Shown here: piece after piece, positions 52,203-64,000 of the stretch
How positions within the stretch are numbered: the stretch's first letter is position 1
Layout of the letters: every line of letters starts with the position of its first letter
Origin: Paramecium tetraurelia
Taxonomy: Eukaryota
Reading direction: 5' to 3'
DNA: 64,000 nt
Assembly (NCBI GenBank): GCA_000165425.1
Contig: CT868029.1
Span: 1 to 64,000, forward strand
Made by a program: the position numbers and the translations under genes
Notes under the pieces: generated by a model
What the model was told of the DNA's origin: nothing
Seen by the model: the letters and a program-made list of their open reading frames with translations, nothing else
Database searches by the model: none

Positions 52203-53651
52203 TCATTTCTAATAGTATATCTATACTCCTTAAGCTATTTCCTCCTAAATCTCTTGTGACATCTTATCAACCATATTTAAATAATCTTCATGTTCCTATT
52301 TGGATATCTATTTAATATTTTGGGTTTGATTTTTGAGAGCAGTATTTTTGATTTGCAACTCATAAAGTTCTTTTTTCCTTTGTTCAATCATCTACATTAA
52401 TTGGATTATCTATAAATTTTGATCATTTTAGAAATTAAAAATAAAATTGTCTTCAACTTTTATTTCCCTCTAGGAATTCTACTATGTCATTAATTATGGT
52501 AGAGTATCTATAAAACTACTGTTTTCGATGCTGCACACAGAATTACGTTTTCTAATCAAACTACTTTTAGGACTTGAAAATGTTAGTTGAGAGTTTCCTA
52601 GCTTCTAGTCCAATAATGATTTAATCTATGTGATAGCTCAAATATTATGGAATAATAAGATACATTTATAATCGGTTTTGTTTAGGATTTGCTTGCCTAT
52701 TGACTTGTAATCAAAACCAAATTATCCAAATGATTTTAAACAAGATTTAGCAACTACAATCAAATATTTTTGAATCACTTCAAAGTTCATCTACTAAACA
52801 AACTCCAAAAATATGATATGAAAGCAAGAGAAATTTAATCCTTTTATGAATAAACTTTAAGTATTTGGGGTAGAAAAGAATTCCATAAACTTTTTGATTT
52901 AAGAGATTTGGGTTGAATCTATTTTGAAAGCAAGTTAAAAGTCCTAAACTAAAGTTTGCAAATTAGGTTCCTAAGTAGAAGTAGGCCAGTATTCATAGGG
53001 CATTAATTCATACAGTTATTCTAATAATTGTAAAGCAGCATAATCCTTCATTTAGGTCAGTAGAACTATTGAAATTTACAATAATTCGCAGGAATATCCC
53101 ACTTATGAATTTCTATACAAAAATACAATTAATAGATTTTCTATGTCATCAAATATTTGATTGACTTTCATTTAATTGATCGAATGACAAATCCAATCCT
53201 AAAATGAGTAATTAAACATTTCTTGGGTAATGAAGCACTAAACTATAGTAATCAATTACTTTGATTAAATCAGATTTAATTTGTTCAAGATTCTGTTTAA
53301 AATTGTTCTGGACTTTGGAAATTTTGATGAGCTATTAATATTGCTCTGGATTGAGTGATTCTTGAAAAAGCTCAATTTATAATTAGGACTCCTTGTTCCA
53401 TGACTGATGGAACTATTCTAATTATTGTTCCACATACAAACAATCAGTTTTGCATTAGAGACAAACTTTTTCCTTTTTGAGGGGTTTCAACATGGAGGAA
53501 GAGATCTAGGAAGTAGAATGAGGTAGATGGCTACTTTAAATTCATTTTTATTGCAATCAAGACATACTACAAGTCCACATCTTTTACATTTTGATTTGTT
53601 TTGTTTGATAAAGGAGAATTCCTTATTACAGATGGAACACTGTTTGTCCAT
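52203..53651 (-). CDS. FYVE-type zinc finger + divergent TBC (Rab-GAP-like) domain protein
   Basis: CSICNKEFSF..KCKRCGLVVCLDC..VCLQC; IKSDLIK; LIVFLYRNSQVGYSCELLQISIVLL..LMPYEYW. Confidence 0.75.
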
Positions 53652-53690
53652 TAATTAATATAATATTAAATACACAAAAGTTGTAAACAA

Positions 53691-54588
53691 TCAAAATTTC
53701 AGTGACTTCTTACTTTTGAGTCCCACAAATCGTTCATTCATCATATCCTTGATTTTGATATAATCACTTTGACATGAAGGTTTCTTCTAATCTTGTCCAT
53801 TCAGCATCTTTAGTGCCTAAAAATGAATATTTAAATGATATTACTTAACCCCAGGTCACAAATCTACCTTTGATTCTTAATCTCTCTTCAGCAACCTTCT
53901 GTCTTATGTGATAATGCACTTTCTTCTCATATGTTCGATTGTGCTTTTTTTCTAGATATCTCTTAACCTTCTATTTCCTTGCCATTTCCTTTAGAGATTC
54001 ATAATTAGTTGAGGTGCATAATTGTTCAACCCAATCTTCAAATTTCAAAGTCTCTTCATCATTTAAAATTTCATAACACAATCCAACCTTGATTCTGAGT
54101 AGATCGTCTTTTTTAACATAATTCGAAATAAACTCATCTTGCTTTATAGACGGACTGAAGCGCATGCTCAAATCATCTAAACGAATATCTTCATTTTAAG
54201 GAGCTGGCAAATCCTTAGGATATGAAAATTTCTTATGGTTTTCCCTTTGCAATTGTTCTGCTAGTCTCTCCAAATCTCCAATTGGATGATGTTCAGATTA
54301 CTCAACTATAGAGTTTTGCCATTAGATGCAGACTTTCTTTTTTGGATCTTCATCTAAAATGAATTCATCAAAATGAACAGGCTTTTGTTTCTTAAATTGT
54401 AATAACTACTATGGTGAATAGACTTACAATTGAATATCATCCTATTGTTCCTCCAACTAGTTCATTTTAATCAGAATCATTACCATTTCTTAATCAACTT
54501 GATAATGAGGTTCCTAGTATGTGAATGAGTTCTCTTTTTCAACATTCTCTAATTTCTCGCCTAACACTTCATTATTTTAAGTATTCAT
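53691..54588 (-). CDS. CCT-motif protein
   Basis: RKQKVKRYLEKKHNRTYEKKVHYHIRQKVAEERLRIKGRFV; start may be the upstream in-frame ATG at 54657. Confidence 0.85.
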
Positions 54589-54829
54589 TTCTTCCTCAAG
54601 ATTTTTATTTTCTTTTACAAATCTTTTTATTTATATCCAAATTATCAATACCCTCATAAACATTAGAGAAATTCATTTAAAAGAGAGAAAAGGATTAGTA
54701 AATTATATTATTTGTATATTTGATTCAAAATCTCGAAATAGTATAATAATAATTAAAATCAAAGCAAAAGAGTTCACATTAGTATTCTTTATCATTAATT
54801 TTAATTTTAAATCAATCAATTAAATACGA

Positions 54830-56165
54830 ATGGCAACACTTGGAGAAGAATTTCAAACCATTTTATAAGAAGTAGACAATGCTAGATTAGATACAAACAA
54901 TTTGGAAACAGCCTTATTGAAATTGCTATCATTTGGTACATTTTAATCATGATAAAAAAAGATTCAAAATCTGAGGAGCATTTGAAACACAAGGAAAGTG
55001 CATATAATAAATTGTCGTAATTGTATTGCAAACAACACAAACCTCAATTGGTATTTCAGATTATGAAAACACATGATTTCTCTGGATTCAATCAAACAAG
55101 AGCAGCAAAAATAATGAGACAGATGATTGATCAAGTAGCTTAATTGGAAGGCACAATTGAATTGTAAGTTGAAATGTGCTAATTCTTAATCGATCAATGT
55201 GCAAGAGACAAGAAGAATTACTTAAAACACAAGATGCAAATAAGATTGGCAACACTGTATAATGAATAAGAAAAATTCACCTAAGGAATCGAAATCATAG
55301 ACAAGATCGTAGTTGAAGTAAGAAAGGCTGATGACAAGCATTTGCTTCTTGAAATCTACTTAATTGAGAGCAAATTGCATTTTGGATAAACAAATCTCGC
55401 TAAAGCCAAAGCCTCATTAACTGCAGCCAGAGCCTGCTCAAATACAATTTACTGTCCCCCGCATGTTTAAGCTGAAATCGATATGATGGCTGGTGTGCTC
55501 TATGCAGAAGAAAGAGACTATAGAACCTCTTATTCCTATTTTTATGAGGCTTTTGAAGCATTTAATAATCTAGAAGACAAGAGAGCTTTGGGCACACTTA
55601 AATATATGTTGTTATGCAAAATAATGATTGGAGCTACAGATGAAGTCAAATAAATTTTAACTGGAAAGCATGGTTTGAAATATGCAGGCAGAGTAATTAT
55701 GTGCATCTAATTAATATTAGCACTTAGAGGCTATGAAAGCCATTTCTAATAGCAATTAAAAGAAATCTCTTATTGAATTTACTAAAGTCTTAGATGAATA
55801 TAGGGAAGAAATTGAAGGTGATAAAGTCATGAGATTACACATCAAATAGTTATATGAAGTCTTATTGGAAATGAATCTGTTTCAAGTCATCCAACCATAC
55901 TCTAAGGTTTAAATCGATTATATCACTTAAAGAATGTAAATTGATGTCGAAATTATCTAAAGAAAGTATTGTATCAATTCAATATACTAGATTATCTGAA
56001 TTGATTTTGGATAAGAAAATAGATGGAACCTTAGATTAAGGAAACGATTGTTTGATCTTATTTGATACAGTTAAGCATGATAATTTATATCAACATTCCC
56101 TTAGTTTGATTACCAATTTGAATGGAGTCGTAGATAAATTATTTGATAGAGTAAAAGTCAAATGA
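54830..56165 (+). CDS. RPN6: 26S proteasome lid subunit RPN6/PSMD11
   Basis: [56 protein letters not shown] domain [21 protein letters not shown]; three introns. Confidence 0.95.
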
Positions 56166-56613
56166 ACATTAAATATATATAGATAAATTGTTATTTTTAA
56201 TTCATTACATACTGTTATTATTATTAGGTGTAAATCTACTAAGGAATATATTTAGTTCTAATTATACTAAAAATATTTTGATCAAATACTTACGATTAAT
56301 TGTAATATTAATATGTAGTTAAATAATATGATATTGATTTATTATACTGATAATTATGATTATAATATTTGAATTAAGTATTTTATTAAAATATTAAAAT
56401 AGTTAAATCTTTGTATTAAACCTGAATTAATATGCAAATCTCATCTCCAATAATAATGTTTTATATGCACTGGTTTTGATTAGATATAGTATATAAAAAT
56501 TTAAAGTTATTAAAATAATAGAAAAAGGGGAAGATTTCGAAATATTTTTTATGATATTAGAAATAATATTAGAAAGTGAGTATGATTTAAAGACAAAATT
56601 ACTTGATAAATTA

Positions 56614-57318
56614 TCAATCAATAAAATTAAAGGCGTATTTAGATAAACTCTATTAAGTTCTTGCGAGTAGATTAGAAGGGGTGGTATGCATTTTCTTGGG
56701 AGGAACGAACCTTTTGTTAATTGCGATGCTATAGGCGGATTGATAAGGGTGATGCGTCTTAATTGTCTTAATAATAGCTTATTTGGTTCTTTTTGTAGTG
56801 ATAAGGGGTTCATCTGGTTCAGTCATTTATTACCTGCTAGTTTGTATTAATTAATTTAAGTTTTTATCTATCCTTGTCATTTGTGTTTTAAGATGATTTA
56901 AAAAGTAGGAGTTCGACTGTTTGGATTGTAAATACTGGGATTGCATGGGGGACGGCTTCTAGTTTGAGGAATGGGCTTTGATTTCATCTTGTTGGTCTAG
57001 AGATGGAGATTTTTGTGGAGAATGATTATTGTCTGGGGACATCATTTATTGGCGATTATGAGAGAAAATTCTGAAGTTCTTGTACTTGTTTTTGGACCTT
57101 AAATATTTGTCAGTGGGTTTGAAGTTTTCGATAACTAAATTGGCGAGTCTAATTTTTCTATGCATGAGGATTTCATAATGCTGATTAGGTAATGTGATTT
57201 GTTTGATATTCGAACTAGAACAATGGGAACAATGGCAGCTGCTTCGACGAAGTTGGTGCAAAGGAGGTACGTAGGAGATTTGTTGGAAGGAAGCAGAATG
57301 AAAGGGTCTGATCATCAT
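56614..57318 (-). CDS. Hypothetical protein (N-terminal CxCxxC motif)
   Basis: 234-aa open frame MMIRPFHS..SSCHCSHCSS. Confidence 0.75.
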
Positions 57319-57358
57319 AAAATATTAATAATAATATATAGTTTACTAGTAATTCTTA

Positions 57359-57745
57359 TCATCCACACATAAATTATTTGGTCCCTATAAGTTTGGTGCA
57401 TTTGGAACATCTATGTTGGGCATCCTTGCAATTATCAAGTAGACAAGGGAGGAAAGCCAAAATAGCAGTGATGATACCAGCGATGAGCACAATCACTACT
57501 ATATAACTACACCTTCCCATTTCATATTGAACATCGGATTCTACCACTTGGTTACATTTAGTGCAAAACAGTTTTTCTGTTTTTCTTGATTGTGGTACTT
57601 TGGGATACTCTGTTTCTTATTCAATGAGTTTATTTTTAACCGAAAGTTCTATTTGATTTGATTTAACTATTTAATAAGTTCCCTGTGATTGGCCACTACG
57701 AGTTTGATTGTTCTAATCTGATTCAAGCATAGGATTCGAGATCAT
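57359..57745 (-). CDS. LITAF-like zinc-binding membrane-associated protein
   Basis: CTKC..V.YEMG-hydrophobic-FLPCLLDNCKDAQHRCSKC..IG. Confidence 0.92.
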
Positions 57746-57811
57746 TTTATTATTAATTATTTTATATTTTGATTATCTATTATAATTGAAAAGTGAAAAA
57801 TGCAGTTTTGA

Positions 57812-59449
57812 TCACTGTTGAAACTTGTTGTTCTCCTCTATGACAGAATCTTTTTCACTTTCCTTCTCATTGATGATGATGTTCTCAATTTTTGAAGATT
57901 TACTAGAGTTCGAAGAATTCCCTTCACTTTCAAAAGAGTTCATCTGACAAAAGGATGGTAAATAGAAGTGAAAATCTGCATATTTTCTCGGACTCCTAGT
58001 TCTTTTTCTCTACTCCACTCTAACTCTGTATTGAGTCGGTGGACATTTTTTGATCTAAGCAGCTTAACTCTCATCAGGAACTGAATGAGTATCTTAGTGC
58101 TCCTCTGAATAAATTTAGATAAGCAAATAATACTTGTGAATTCTGAGCAGCCTGTCACTTTATCTAGGATCTCCTGTAGTATTCTAATGTCTTCCAATTA
58201 GCAATAGAAATAGGGATGTTCTAAACATTACGAAGCAGTAGGTCGAATATTGGGATTAGGTTCCAACATCAATTTCAATAAATTAAGGGCTTCCTTCTAA
58301 ACATTCTATTCTAGCTCATCCAATCGAATGTCGCATTGAGTATTTGCCTTCATGATATCTGCAGTGTTATCTGCTCTAAATAAGGTTCTTTTGGTTAGCC
58401 TATTAGGTAAGTAAATTTGGTAATTACAATTTGTAAAATATAACTCCTGCACTAAAGACATCACATTTCGTGGTGAAATATTCATTCTATTTGATATCAG
58501 CTCTTAGAATCTCTGGAGCAATATAACCTGGTGTTCCACAGATAGACAATTTGGTCTATGTATTCTCATAGATGGCCAGTCCAAAATCTATAATCTTCAG
58601 GGACTTGATTTCATTCTGCTTGGCTAATAGGATATTCTCCAGCTTGATATCTCTGTGTATCAAACCCATATGCTCCAAATATTAAAGACCAAGCAGCAAG
58701 GTCTAAAATTATATAAACTATTTAGTGTAACTTTAATTCCATCCCTTACTATGTAACTGGGTAAACTGTCGGTTTGAGTGTTTCGAATAAAATTGTAGAG
58801 AGTATCACCCTCGTAATAATCAGTTATCAGATAATAGGAGTTGTCTCCTTCATAAATTTCCAGTAATTTGACAAATATTGGGTGGTCAATCTTTTATAAA
58901 ATCTCGATTTCAGATTGCAATCTAGCCTTATCAGTAATAGTTAGTTGTACTTACTATGCGATCTTTGGACTTCTTGCCTGTCAGATACTTCTTTGAGATA
59001 CATTTAGCTGCGTAGTACAATACATCTGTGTTCCGCTTCACGAGACACACCTGAGAGTGAGGGAAAGCAGAATTACCTTCGAGGATGCACCAGAACCAAT
59101 GATCTGACTAGATTCATAGAAAATTGATATATTCCCAAAGAAAACCCTGTTGGAGAGGTACATTTTGAGAAGATTCAACTCTTTATGAACCCCCCAGAAC
59201 CATTTGATTCTCTTTTGGTAGAGGATACCAAAGCAACAGAGTTATTCATGTTCCGATTTCTTCCACATCACACGAGACTCAAAGTTGAATAGGACTACAT
59301 ATTTTGGATTTTGCATAGTCTTGTGCTACCATGCTTACTCAAAGATTTACTTCCGATAATATCATTTGGTCTTAAAGAACTTCTAAGTAGTACGTTTTGC
59401 TCTTCAATAGATGTTTGCGCAAACAATTCATTTTAAACTACACTAACAT
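57812..59449 (-). CDS. Ser/Thr protein kinase (CAMK-like) with N-terminal extension
   Basis: IGSGASSKV, YAAK, HRDIKLEN, DFG, CGTPGYIAPE, DVFSAG; several short introns. Confidence 0.93.
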
Positions 59450-59466
59450 TATTTATTATAATTAAA

Positions 59467-60240
59467 TCATTTCCAATGATCAGCATATGAAATGCATTTT
59501 CTACATTGTTTCTCATTATAAGTATGTCCAATCATAGAATTGCATACCACTTTGTGTAACTTCTCTGTATCAATCTACTCGCATTCATCATTGTTCTCAT
59601 AACATACAAACACCTTTCCCTTATGATCCACATACTCCCCATTGCATTCCTTGATGCTCCTGCTTTTGCAGTCAATCTCCTTGCACTTCTCATCCTGATA
59701 TTGGCATCCTCCCTATTAACAAACATCCCTGTCTTTGATAGATTCGCAATTATCAATAAATGAATTTCTAGCCTTACACTTCCTATCCCAATAACAAATA
59801 GAATCTATTTCCAAAGGCTTACTCTTAGCAATCAAAAAACTGTCACATGTAAATTGATCGTAAATATCATCACACTTCTCTGGCTTAAAACAGTATCCAC
59901 TCACAAGATCATATGCACATTAATATAATTAACATTATTCTCTAGCTTGTCCAACATTAGTTTAACTTATTTGAAGATCTTCACATCTTGCCAATTTCTC
60001 GCATCTTCCATTCTTAACATAACAATAAAGTGGATTTTAACTCAAGAATTGAGATGCACCAACGCAATTCTATAATGATCTTTAATCACATTCAGCCACT
60101 TTGCATTCAGACTATGCCCAATAACAATTATGACTCTCACAAGCCTCCTTATCTATGTGTTCATTGCAATCACATGCTGTTGGATAATCAAATGATGCAT
60201 TTATACAATACAGAAGTCCGAATATATAATAAATTATCAT
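59467..60240 (-). CDS. Small Cys-rich secreted/surface protein (mini-antigen-like)
   Basis: Signal peptide MIIYYIFGLLYCINA; repeated C-x-W/C-x-Y units; intronless 257 aa. Confidence 0.85.
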
Positions 60241-60262
60241 TATTTATAATCAAAAGTCTCAT

Positions 60263-61040
60263 TCAAAATTCTTCCATTTTGCATTTGTCATTAAAATACA
60301 AACCTGTCCCATTTATCTTTTTATTGATTACGTATAAACTAGTAATTATACCTTCTTCAGGCTCTTTTGGTGCATTTGGTCCTCCCATATCAGTCTTCAA
60401 CCATCCTGGGTGTATGCAGAATACCTGCTATTTTACCTCCTTAGACAAGACATGTCTAAAATATGCATTAATTAAGGCTTTCGATGCTGAATAAATTCCT
60501 TTGTATTCCTTATACCATTCACCAAAATCATTCCTTTAATCTATATTCTGAATAAATTCTTGAACTATCATCTCAAGTTGATCCTTATTACATTTATTCA
60601 ATTATTCTTAGATAACAGAGTTTTGAATTCTTAGTTTTCCCAGATCTGAAGATATTACAATTATCTAAAAATCATTATCATTTTTTAACCTTTCCATTCT
60701 CTTTCATGTAGGGCAAGACTGCTTTTGTGAGATTTAATACTCCATAATAATTCACCTTAAACACTTACGATGCTAGGTTATTTTTATTTGTTAATTGAGT
60801 TTCAATAATGCCTGCATTGTTAACTAGAATATCAATAGGTTATTTTATGGTAGAGACAAATTATTTAATGCTTTCGTCATTACTAACATCCAAGTATTCC
60901 AAACTGCAATGCTTTTGATCATGCAATGCTTATTTTAGCTTGTGTATGTCTCTGGCTGTTGCAATAACATGATTGTTTTTTAATTCTTTGGCTAACAACA
61001 TTCCTAGTCCCCGATTACAACCTGTGATTAATATATTCAT
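60263..61040 (-). CDS. Short-chain dehydrogenase/reductase (carbonyl-reductase-like)
   Basis: ITGCNRGLG, NNAG, VNYYG, YSASK, HPGWLKTDMGG; one intron. Confidence 0.93.
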
Positions 61041-61097
61041 TTATTTATTTATCAAATATACTCATTCCATTTATTTATTTATTAAATTCTGAACGTT

Positions 61098-61578
61098 ATG
61101 GATTAGGAAATAAAGAAGCTTGAGTAACTCAAATAATAAGAAATACTGTTGATGCAATAGATTTATGAAAAGAAAGTATAGTTTATTTTTGTATTAGATT
61201 AATTACTTGAATACAAAAATATAGTTATTAGCAGATGAATCAAAATAAAAAGATATTGAATTGCAAAATCTCAAAAATTCATAATCAGAGAATTAGACTG
61301 AATAAGAAATTGTAATCCAAGAAACTCCTAGTTTAGATTGGTAAAAACAAAAATTGAATGATGAAAAAGATAAAGAATTATAAAAGATCAAGGCTCAATA
61401 CTAAACAGATTTATAAAATATTCATCAGCAAATGAGAAATAGGGATTTGATGATAGAATAAATGAAATAAGAGATTAAAATGTTTGAACAATTCTCATAA
61501 TAGAACCTTGATCATTAAAAAGTACAATTTCTATCCTAAATTATTGATGTTACCAATGAATTGCTAGTTTAATTATGA
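61098..61578 (+). CDS. Small coiled-coil protein
   Basis: MDQEIKKLEQLKQQE..; 22-nt intron; TGA 61576. Confidence 0.7.
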
Positions 61579-61884
61579 TTTCAAATATCAAATAAAATAA
61601 TATAATTATTGTTTATAAATGATTCAAAAAATTTATAATTATTAGATATTCATTAAATTTGATACTTATATTCAGGATTGATCGAAAATATAGAATAAAC
61701 TAGATTGCAATAAATACTCCTTTTTTTTATAAGCTAATAGCAATTTAATAATATATTCTAATTGTTCCCTTTTTAATAAAGTTAATTCATAAAACAATAA
61801 AATTCATAAGAGAGTTAGCTAACAAATGAATTTATATTTTATGTATAACAGATAATTAGTAATATAATAAATATCTGAGATTAA

Positions 61885-63009
61885 ATGAAATTCGCGTTAT
61901 TAATTCTTATTTGCGAAGTAGTCTACCTGAATGCTCAATAATGCACTGAATAATCTTCCATCCTTAACTATATATTTAATTCAGATAAGCCTAATATTGA
62001 AAATAATGAATGGAATTATTAAACTATTACATGTAATAATCATTATCTAATTTTAGCATTTGAATAGTGTAAATAGGGAATAACAACTGATACTAAAAAT
62101 TTCGAAATTTCTTAGGTGAGTTTACTTAGTACTAAGATAAGTTTAGATGTTGAAGAAATAATTGAGTTAGTGATCAATAAGACTTAAGGACCATTGGTTC
62201 AATATAAAACAAACACAATCAAGTTGACATCATGGGGAGTTAACAATATCGCCAGATATTCATCTTAGTATCTCACAATAGGACCAGCAGAACATAATTT
62301 CGATTTTTGGGCAAAGGCTCCTGATGCTGAAATTCAAGTGTATTTCGTTTAGGATTAATTTTATCAAAACTGCGAAGTCGAACCTCTTTATGCAGTACTA
62401 TCAATACCAGTCTATGTAATCTCAGAGACTTAGAATATTAAATACGCAATAAATATTAATGTCACAAATCAACTAAATGTAATTGGATCATTCAATTTCA
62501 AATAAAATATTCTTGGAGCTTATTCTTCCGACATGACCAGTTTTGTATCTTATAAGGCTCCAATTAACATTCCGTAATTATTTAGTGTATTGAAATCATA
62601 GACCTTGCGGGAATGCAAATTGGTTTGTGTTGACATAACCTTAATTCATTAAATTTGAATTACTAAAGACTTTATTATAATTAAATGCTGTTGATGCCTT
62701 ATAAAGGATGAATCTGGATGGAACCTATTTGAATTTCATAAAAGGAGTAAGATACTGTTATAAATTTTGTAGAGATTCATTTATGCAGGAGAGGATGATA
62801 TGAAGGATTATGATGATAATGTTGAATGGGCTGCCACGTGGGTAGCCTCAATAATACCTTGTTTACTATTTGCATTGGTTGTCTGCATCTATGGTTAATA
62901 TGAGATTTCTAATATTGGGAGATATAAGAGGCCTTAAGCTAAATAGCCTGAAGGAATGGAATAAGAATCACTAAAATAAGATGATGCAGCTGATAAGAAA
63001 TTGACATGA
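61885..63009 (+). CDS. Type I membrane protein of unknown function
   Basis: Signal peptide MKFALLILICEVVYLNA; TM WVASIIPCLLFALVVCIY; intronless 374 aa. Confidence 0.8.
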
Positions 63010-63074
63010 CATTATTTTCGATAAATTATAAAAAATACCAATATTTATATTTTATTACAGATCCCTCACAACTA

Positions 63075-63423
63075 ATGGACTAACCAAAGAAGACTCTCGT
63101 CAACCCAGAAACTAATGCTTATAACTTGAGTGGAAAGACTCATCCAAAAACATCAGTTTTCGTTGCCAAAATATATTTGAAGAGATTTGATGTTGTGGAA
63201 GTACATGCATTGGGGGACACAATCTCAAAGGCAGTGAGAATGGCTGAATAACTTCAAAGACAGAGTAATTATAATAAACTAACTCTTAGATTATGTAACT
63301 ATTGAGAAAATCAATACATTCACTCAGAAATTTGAGGATAACAGATCCAAAGTCAAGATTATTGTTACCCTAAAAGTGACTGCTGATGGAAAAAGGAGAG
63401 TCAACGAGGAGATAAAATAATGA
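63075..63423 (+). CDS. Alba DNA/RNA-binding protein
   Basis: AKIYLKRFDVVEVHALGDTISKAVRMAEQL..KVKIIVTLK; one 25-nt intron. Confidence 0.88.
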
Positions 63424-64000
63424 TATTCATATAAATAAATAATAAAAAGTGTATATGTTGTCACCTCTTCGGTTTAAGATTTACTGAAATAAAATATTAT
63501 TAATTTCTTATGAATCTAAAACAATATTTACATATAGAGGAACATAAATCTAAAGCATATTAGCAATTTCAAAATATAGAAGGTGAGGTTTATATGAATG
63601 GTAATTGATTCCTAATTATATGGAAAATCCATCATGAATAAGGATAAAATCACTACTATAATTTCAGAATACCCTAAAATAGCTCTTATACTCAAGAAAT
63701 AAAATTACTTGGTTGAATAATTAACTAATTAGTTTATCTCTTAATTCTCTTAATTTTTATAATTCTGAAGAGTTAATAAAATCCTATAAATTATCTAAAT
63801 AAAGAAGAACGCTATTAGGCGAATCGATTTTTAGTTGATGTCACATTATTAAAGATCTGATTGGGAGGATAGGTTAGCTAAATTTTTAAAGTAAGTTAGG
63901 CTAAAATTATATCATGTCGCCCTTCTAATATCTTGATTTATGAAATGAATTATTTCTATTTCTTTAAGTATAGGGTTGATATTTATAGTCTGAATTTGAG

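Noticed and set aside
56170..56600. Very AT-rich region and ORF 56427-56813
   Set aside because: Spacer between convergent genes; the ORF is off-frame to the real gene and no RNA gene is recognisable
60030..60494. Longest ORF in the supplied track (154 aa, +)
   Set aside because: Antisense to two well-supported minus-strand genes
63510..64000. Possible gene start at the window end
   Set aside because: In-frame TGAs not resolved with typical introns; truncated by the window edge

Overview
This is AT-rich ciliate macronuclear DNA, most likely Paramecium. TAA/TAG read as Gln, TGA is the only stop, and introns are mostly tiny 20-33 nt GT..AG. The supplied ORF track uses the wrong genetic code, so I re-translated genes by hand; boundaries may be off by a codon or an exon. 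The first ~15 kb looks subtelomeric. It holds a WD40 gene cut at position 1 next to a possible C4A2 telomere remnant, decayed Cys-rich, membrane-protein and MORN-like genes, one intact TPR gene and a frameshifted 2-TM gene. The rest is densely packed with genes: CFAP54 (~10.4 kb), a SANT protein, a Zucchini/PLD6-like nuclease, a PCM-type crystallin-domain protein, cytochrome b5 reductase, a triple-WWE protein, an S28 peptidase, a calmodulin-like protein, a SHIPPO-repeat protein, Myb, FYVE-TBC, CCT, RPN6, LITAF, a kinase, an SDR and Alba. The most notable observations are a Zucchini-like nuclease with a putative NLS and SUMO-interacting motif, two abnormally long introns in the SANT gene, a MABP-like domain inside CFAP54, and the possible telomere-truncated gene.
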